A DNA stretch of 56,527 nt, the filler included, from Sphacelaria rigidula (Eukaryota), in assembly GCA_964200075.2 (NCBI GenBank). It is 6 parts of 6 records of this genome, joined end to end, with 100 filler letters (N's around TTAATTAATTAA, not from the genome) between each part and the next. Parts side by side here need not be neighbours in the genome. Positions count along the whole stretch, not along the records: positions 47,191 to 56,527 come from CAXNAA020008722.1; 5 more parts are not named here. The stretch is one strand, 5' to 3'. Under the pieces are notes generated by a model, which was given only the letters and a program-made list of their open reading frames with translations, searched no databases and was not told where the DNA came from. This document shows, in pieces, positions 52,750 to 56,527 of the stretch (position 1 is its first letter; the number at the start of each line of letters is the position of its first letter). The translations under genes were made by a program, and so were the position numbers.

Positions 52750-55620
52750 TCACCATCTCCAGAACGGAAAAAAATTCTTCGTCGGCAAGAGCAGAGGAAG
52801 CCACGTGAGGTGACCGGTTCGTACACGAGACATGCAAGGCGCCCTCGCGTGCAAGATGTGACGTGGTATCGGCGACATGTATTGACATCGACCTGCACTA
52901 CTGTTACTAGTCTGTGGCAAGCGGATAAGGGGAAGGTGTGGCGAGCACCCACCCTCCATGCCTTTGCTTGAATCGAGGAAAATATGTGCTTCGGGCAACG
53001 TGCAGGCGTTCAGCCACGCACAAGAAATGGGGGCCTGCGGAGGCCATGCGGGGCGTCGACGCCACGTGATGTATCCGTATTGGGTGATATCGCATGTGTT
53101 TTCCAGTTCACTGGGTAAATTGTGTGGCGGCCTGTGACAGTGTGTCGGAGGCTAGTGCTTGCCGGGTAAGATTACGAGGGCCCTTTTGTGGATCTTGAGA
53201 AATAACGGGAAATGGCCATGCGATTGGAGGCAGCAGATTTTGATGGAGAGTGCGCCGACATAGCGTTTGGTTGAACGTGGGCTTCTGTTAGGTTGATTTT
53301 CGGATCTTGATGTATATTTTCAATACATTCGTAAAAACAAATATTGAATATTGAGGTCGTGTGAATGGTTTTGTCTAGCATCATGAAGCGTAAATAACAA
53401 CCAAGCCTGCGAGGGAAAGCGAAATCGGAGGAAACTTGGAAAAACAACGGGGGTTTGCTGGGTGTGCTCGTGTTGAAACCCGCTCGCGTCCGAATATTTG
53501 GGGTTCTTCCCGTTTATTTTTTGTTATATGAGCTGAAAAATCGTAGGCCGTATGTACTAGGTTTGAGCGAAGATAGTATCTTTTGCCCAGCAATTTGATC
53601 TTATTTTCGTTGCCCATGACTCCGACACTTGAGACGTCGGTGTGTTCTTTTACGGTAAATTTTACTGCAGCATTTTCTCTTGTATTTGCTTTCAGGAATA
53701 TAGATAAAGAGAGTTTACATTATGGTATTGCGACATGTGGGGATCACGTCTGAGATCTTGTAGACCGCCGGTGATTCTCCGTGCTTTCTCGTGTTTGTTT
53801 TGGAGGGGGAGGTGTCATCCCAAGTTAAATGTGATGTTTGTTGAGAGTGCAGGTATTTGGCGTCTCGGTAGCTTCTGTCTGACCCGCGTCACCCAATAAT
53901 GAAAGGATGGAGCGAGTATTATTTTGCAGCAGACAGGAACATTTGGTCATTCAGCTTGAGGGCGGCGGGGGGAGGGAGGGGGGGAGAGAGGAGGAGGAGG
54001 AGGAAGGAAGCGTTTTTTGCCGAAATCCACGTTATTTTTGGGAGCGGAACAAACGATTTTGTCGAAAACAAAGCGCGCGTGTTGCTGTGCTCTTACCGTG
54101 TTGCGGTGCTGCGCTGTCTGTCTGTTGTCTATTTTGTTTATTTTTGTTTGTATGACGTACATGGTGATGGACGACCGACGAAAAAGGTTATCTATCCATT
54201 GCACGATTAGGCCATCTTGTTGTGTTGGCGAGGGTCCTCACTCGGGAGCTTGAGATAAGTAGTCCAGATGCGGAGTAGCGAGGAAGAGGGTGAGCCATAC
54301 GCCGACAGGTTGTTGGTAAAAGGTATATAAAATGAGTATTTGGACTGTTTTCTGTACTCACCGATGTGTGTTCTTCTTTTATATCCGGCAGGCGTGATTT
54401 TGTAGAAACACGCGTCCTCGGTATTGGGTATCTGACCTACCTTCATGTTTTGTATGCGTGTGTGGGAGAGGGAAAGTAATCTGATGTGCTTTCGAAAATG
54501 AGAGAATATTGTCACGGTAAGTGTAGAGTCTTGTGTTTCGATTTATTAGCGTGTCATATCCATGTGCATATGTGATGCATGCTTGCGGCGTCACTTGGTT
54601 AACGGTGGTATGTATGCTTGACGGTCCACGTCCTGCAGCTTTTGGGCGCGTAGTAGTATAGTATTCGTAGTTCTTGATTTGTTGGATGTGCATAGTGAGG
54701 AGCGACTTATCCCATGAGACATAACCTGCCTGGTTTTTAGTTGTTTTCTTTTTCAGTTGACTGAAGTGTTGAGGTCTTACAATAGGTATACCTGAATTTG
54801 TAGGGCTATGAAGCAGTCTTGGAAGCACCTTTGACTGGTGCACTTGGCCGGGCGGTAGTAGTGGTGAGTAGTACTGTAGTGTTTGTGCCTGTGTGAACGT
54901 GCGAAAGTGTGGACGATGGCGTGTTCGGTTGCTCTTGCATGTCCCTACTGTTGTGTTATTTTTGCGTCTTTCCCCACTCCCCACTTCGTGTCTCGCGGCC
55001 AAACAAGAATCGGCAAAGTGGATTTGCCGTTCGGTTGCTTTGATCTGTTGATTTGATACGTGAACGCGGCTGTTGCTCTGCATGTCGTGATGTGGTTTGG
55101 ACCATATCACGGTTCTAGCAAAAATAAAGCCGTTGTTCTGTGTGGACTTCGTTATGCGTGTAAGGTAAGCAGCATCAACCATCACTGACTGCTTTGAAGC
55201 GCTGAGATAATATGGTGGCGGAGGGACAGGAGGGGGGGGGGAAGCGGCTGCTGTATGGAATATAGAAATGGAAGGTATCGTTCTGCCTCAGATACGATAT
55301 CGAAAAATCCCTTACGTGTGTACAGCAGAATTGCATCGAATGAAAATGCCTTTTGACCAAGGACCCAACATATTTTTTTCGTCTCGGTGTTGTGAGCCTT
55401 GTGCTGCCCTCTGCCGGTACAGCAACGTGGAATTTAAGACGATCTGCCTAGATCATGTGGGTGGGGGACACAGCGACTGCCGTATTACCGTGTCCTATTC
55501 ACCATTGAGTAGGGGATATACAGTATTCCTGAACACCCTTGAGTACAACCGCGGGTGGGCGCACTTGTACTGTACACCTACAGTGGGTGTTTTGTAGGGC
55601 TTGCCCCTGCGACTTCCGAG
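52750..55620 (-). mobile_element. Decayed Penelope-like retroelement (PLE) reverse transcriptase, Naiad/Chlamys-like
   Basis: Ordered frameshifted motifs on the minus strand: PTVGVQYK..LYSRVFRN (~55590), SKGIFIR (~55350), TKSTQNNGFIF (~55140, DKxxNN-like), PYKFRY (54805-54788), FYQQPVG/AYGSPSSSLL (54321-54275), QWIDNLF (54198-54187, YIDD-like), AYDF..KREEPQIF..FP (~53550-53430). Boundaries approximate. Confidence 0.72.
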
Positions 55621-56204
55621 TACTATTGTATAATATTAGCAACAGTTACTTTGAATCGGCCCATGCACGTGTGTAACTGTAAGGAAGGTAGTCTCTTCTT
55701 TCACTTGATTTGAATGCACAGCTGCTCCTCCTGCAGGGAAGACCAAACACTTGATCGACTCCTCCCTCCATGAAACATCATTAGTGACTATTAGTAGGAG
55801 TCTGCTTACGTTCGCATCACCCTCGCATCTCTCATACTGCATTAATGGGTCCGTTAAAGTGCCTCAACTGATCCGCTTCGAATGCAGCCGGGGTCACGCG
55901 GTAGACACGTCCAAGGTAAAAAATGGGAAAATTCGCGGAAGGAAACCCGCAGTTTCTTGAAATCACTACTATAGGCCGGCGGTGTCCAACAAACACCCTC
56001 TAGGGAATAATGCAACCTTTTGCGCGTGGAGACACGCAACCATCATATACTCACGAGGATCCAATTGATGAACAAGTTCGGCCGCTTGTTTTCAGGGGCA
56101 TCAATCCTTGCATTGCGTTATCGTGTACAGCGGTCGCCCAAGGCGCAGATAGATGATCACACCGCCATGATGAACGATTCAGTCTTTTTTGCCATCAGTC
56201 TTTC

Positions 56205-56400
56205 CTCAGGACGGCTTCGACTCTGTGGTCTCAATAAATCAATCAATCTCTCCCTAGGTACACGCCTTTCGCTTGGTATCGTGGATTCATTGGACAGCAC
56301 TCCCGCACCGCGCCGACTGTCATCTAGCTCTAACAAACTCACCAGACTCATTTTGTCGCTATACTCACGCCCGCGCGTGTTTATCGACGAAAATTACATA
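56205..56400 (-). repeat. Diverged family-A SINE-like copy
   Basis: Minus strand gcggtgcgggagt...aatccacgatacca...aaggcgtgtacc..gggagagat...ttgagacca matches 51915-52010. Confidence 0.6.
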
Positions 56401-56527
56401 CTACTGTGCTACTATGCAAGTACTGTGCGGGAAAATGCCATGCAAACTATCACGGTTAGGACAAATCATCACGACTCAAAATCACTAAATTCACGATTTC
56501 TTCGGCCCGATTGCCCAAAAGGGAGAA

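Noticed and set aside
54460..54500. SFSKAHQ resembling the PRMT5 TIM-barrel LSKAHQ
   Set aside because: Different contig and embedded in the Penelope-like RT remnant.

Overview
Intron-rich, repeat-rich eukaryotic DNA; a brown-algal (Ectocarpus-like stramenopile) origin is my inference from gene and repeat style, not proven. The window is not one locus. It consists of six contigs of 9339, 9339, 9338, 9337, 9337 and 9337 bp, sorted by size and joined by artificial 100-bp N44-TTAATTAATTAA-N44 spacers, so nothing can be inferred across the gaps. Host genes are all partial and read from spliced exons: a TEY-type MAP kinase (+, 3 exons), PRMT5 (-, 3 exons), one exon of an E2 ubiquitin-conjugating enzyme (+), and a Myb-repeat protein with an AT-hook (+, 3 exons). 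The rest is mostly transposon-derived: two decayed copia LTR elements (one RT-less, with a perfect 5-bp TSD and a half-tRNAiMet-type PBS), two non-autonomous hAT elements with 8-bp TSDs, piggyBac-, Harbinger- and TA-type MITEs, two tRNA-derived SINE families and a 42-bp minisatellite. The most notable item is a frameshifted Penelope-like retroelement whose motifs resemble the Naiad/Chlamys clade; it is invisible in the ORF track. A possible Mutator-like element carrying a cysteine-protease-like module is flagged as speculative. I found no convincing wholly new system.
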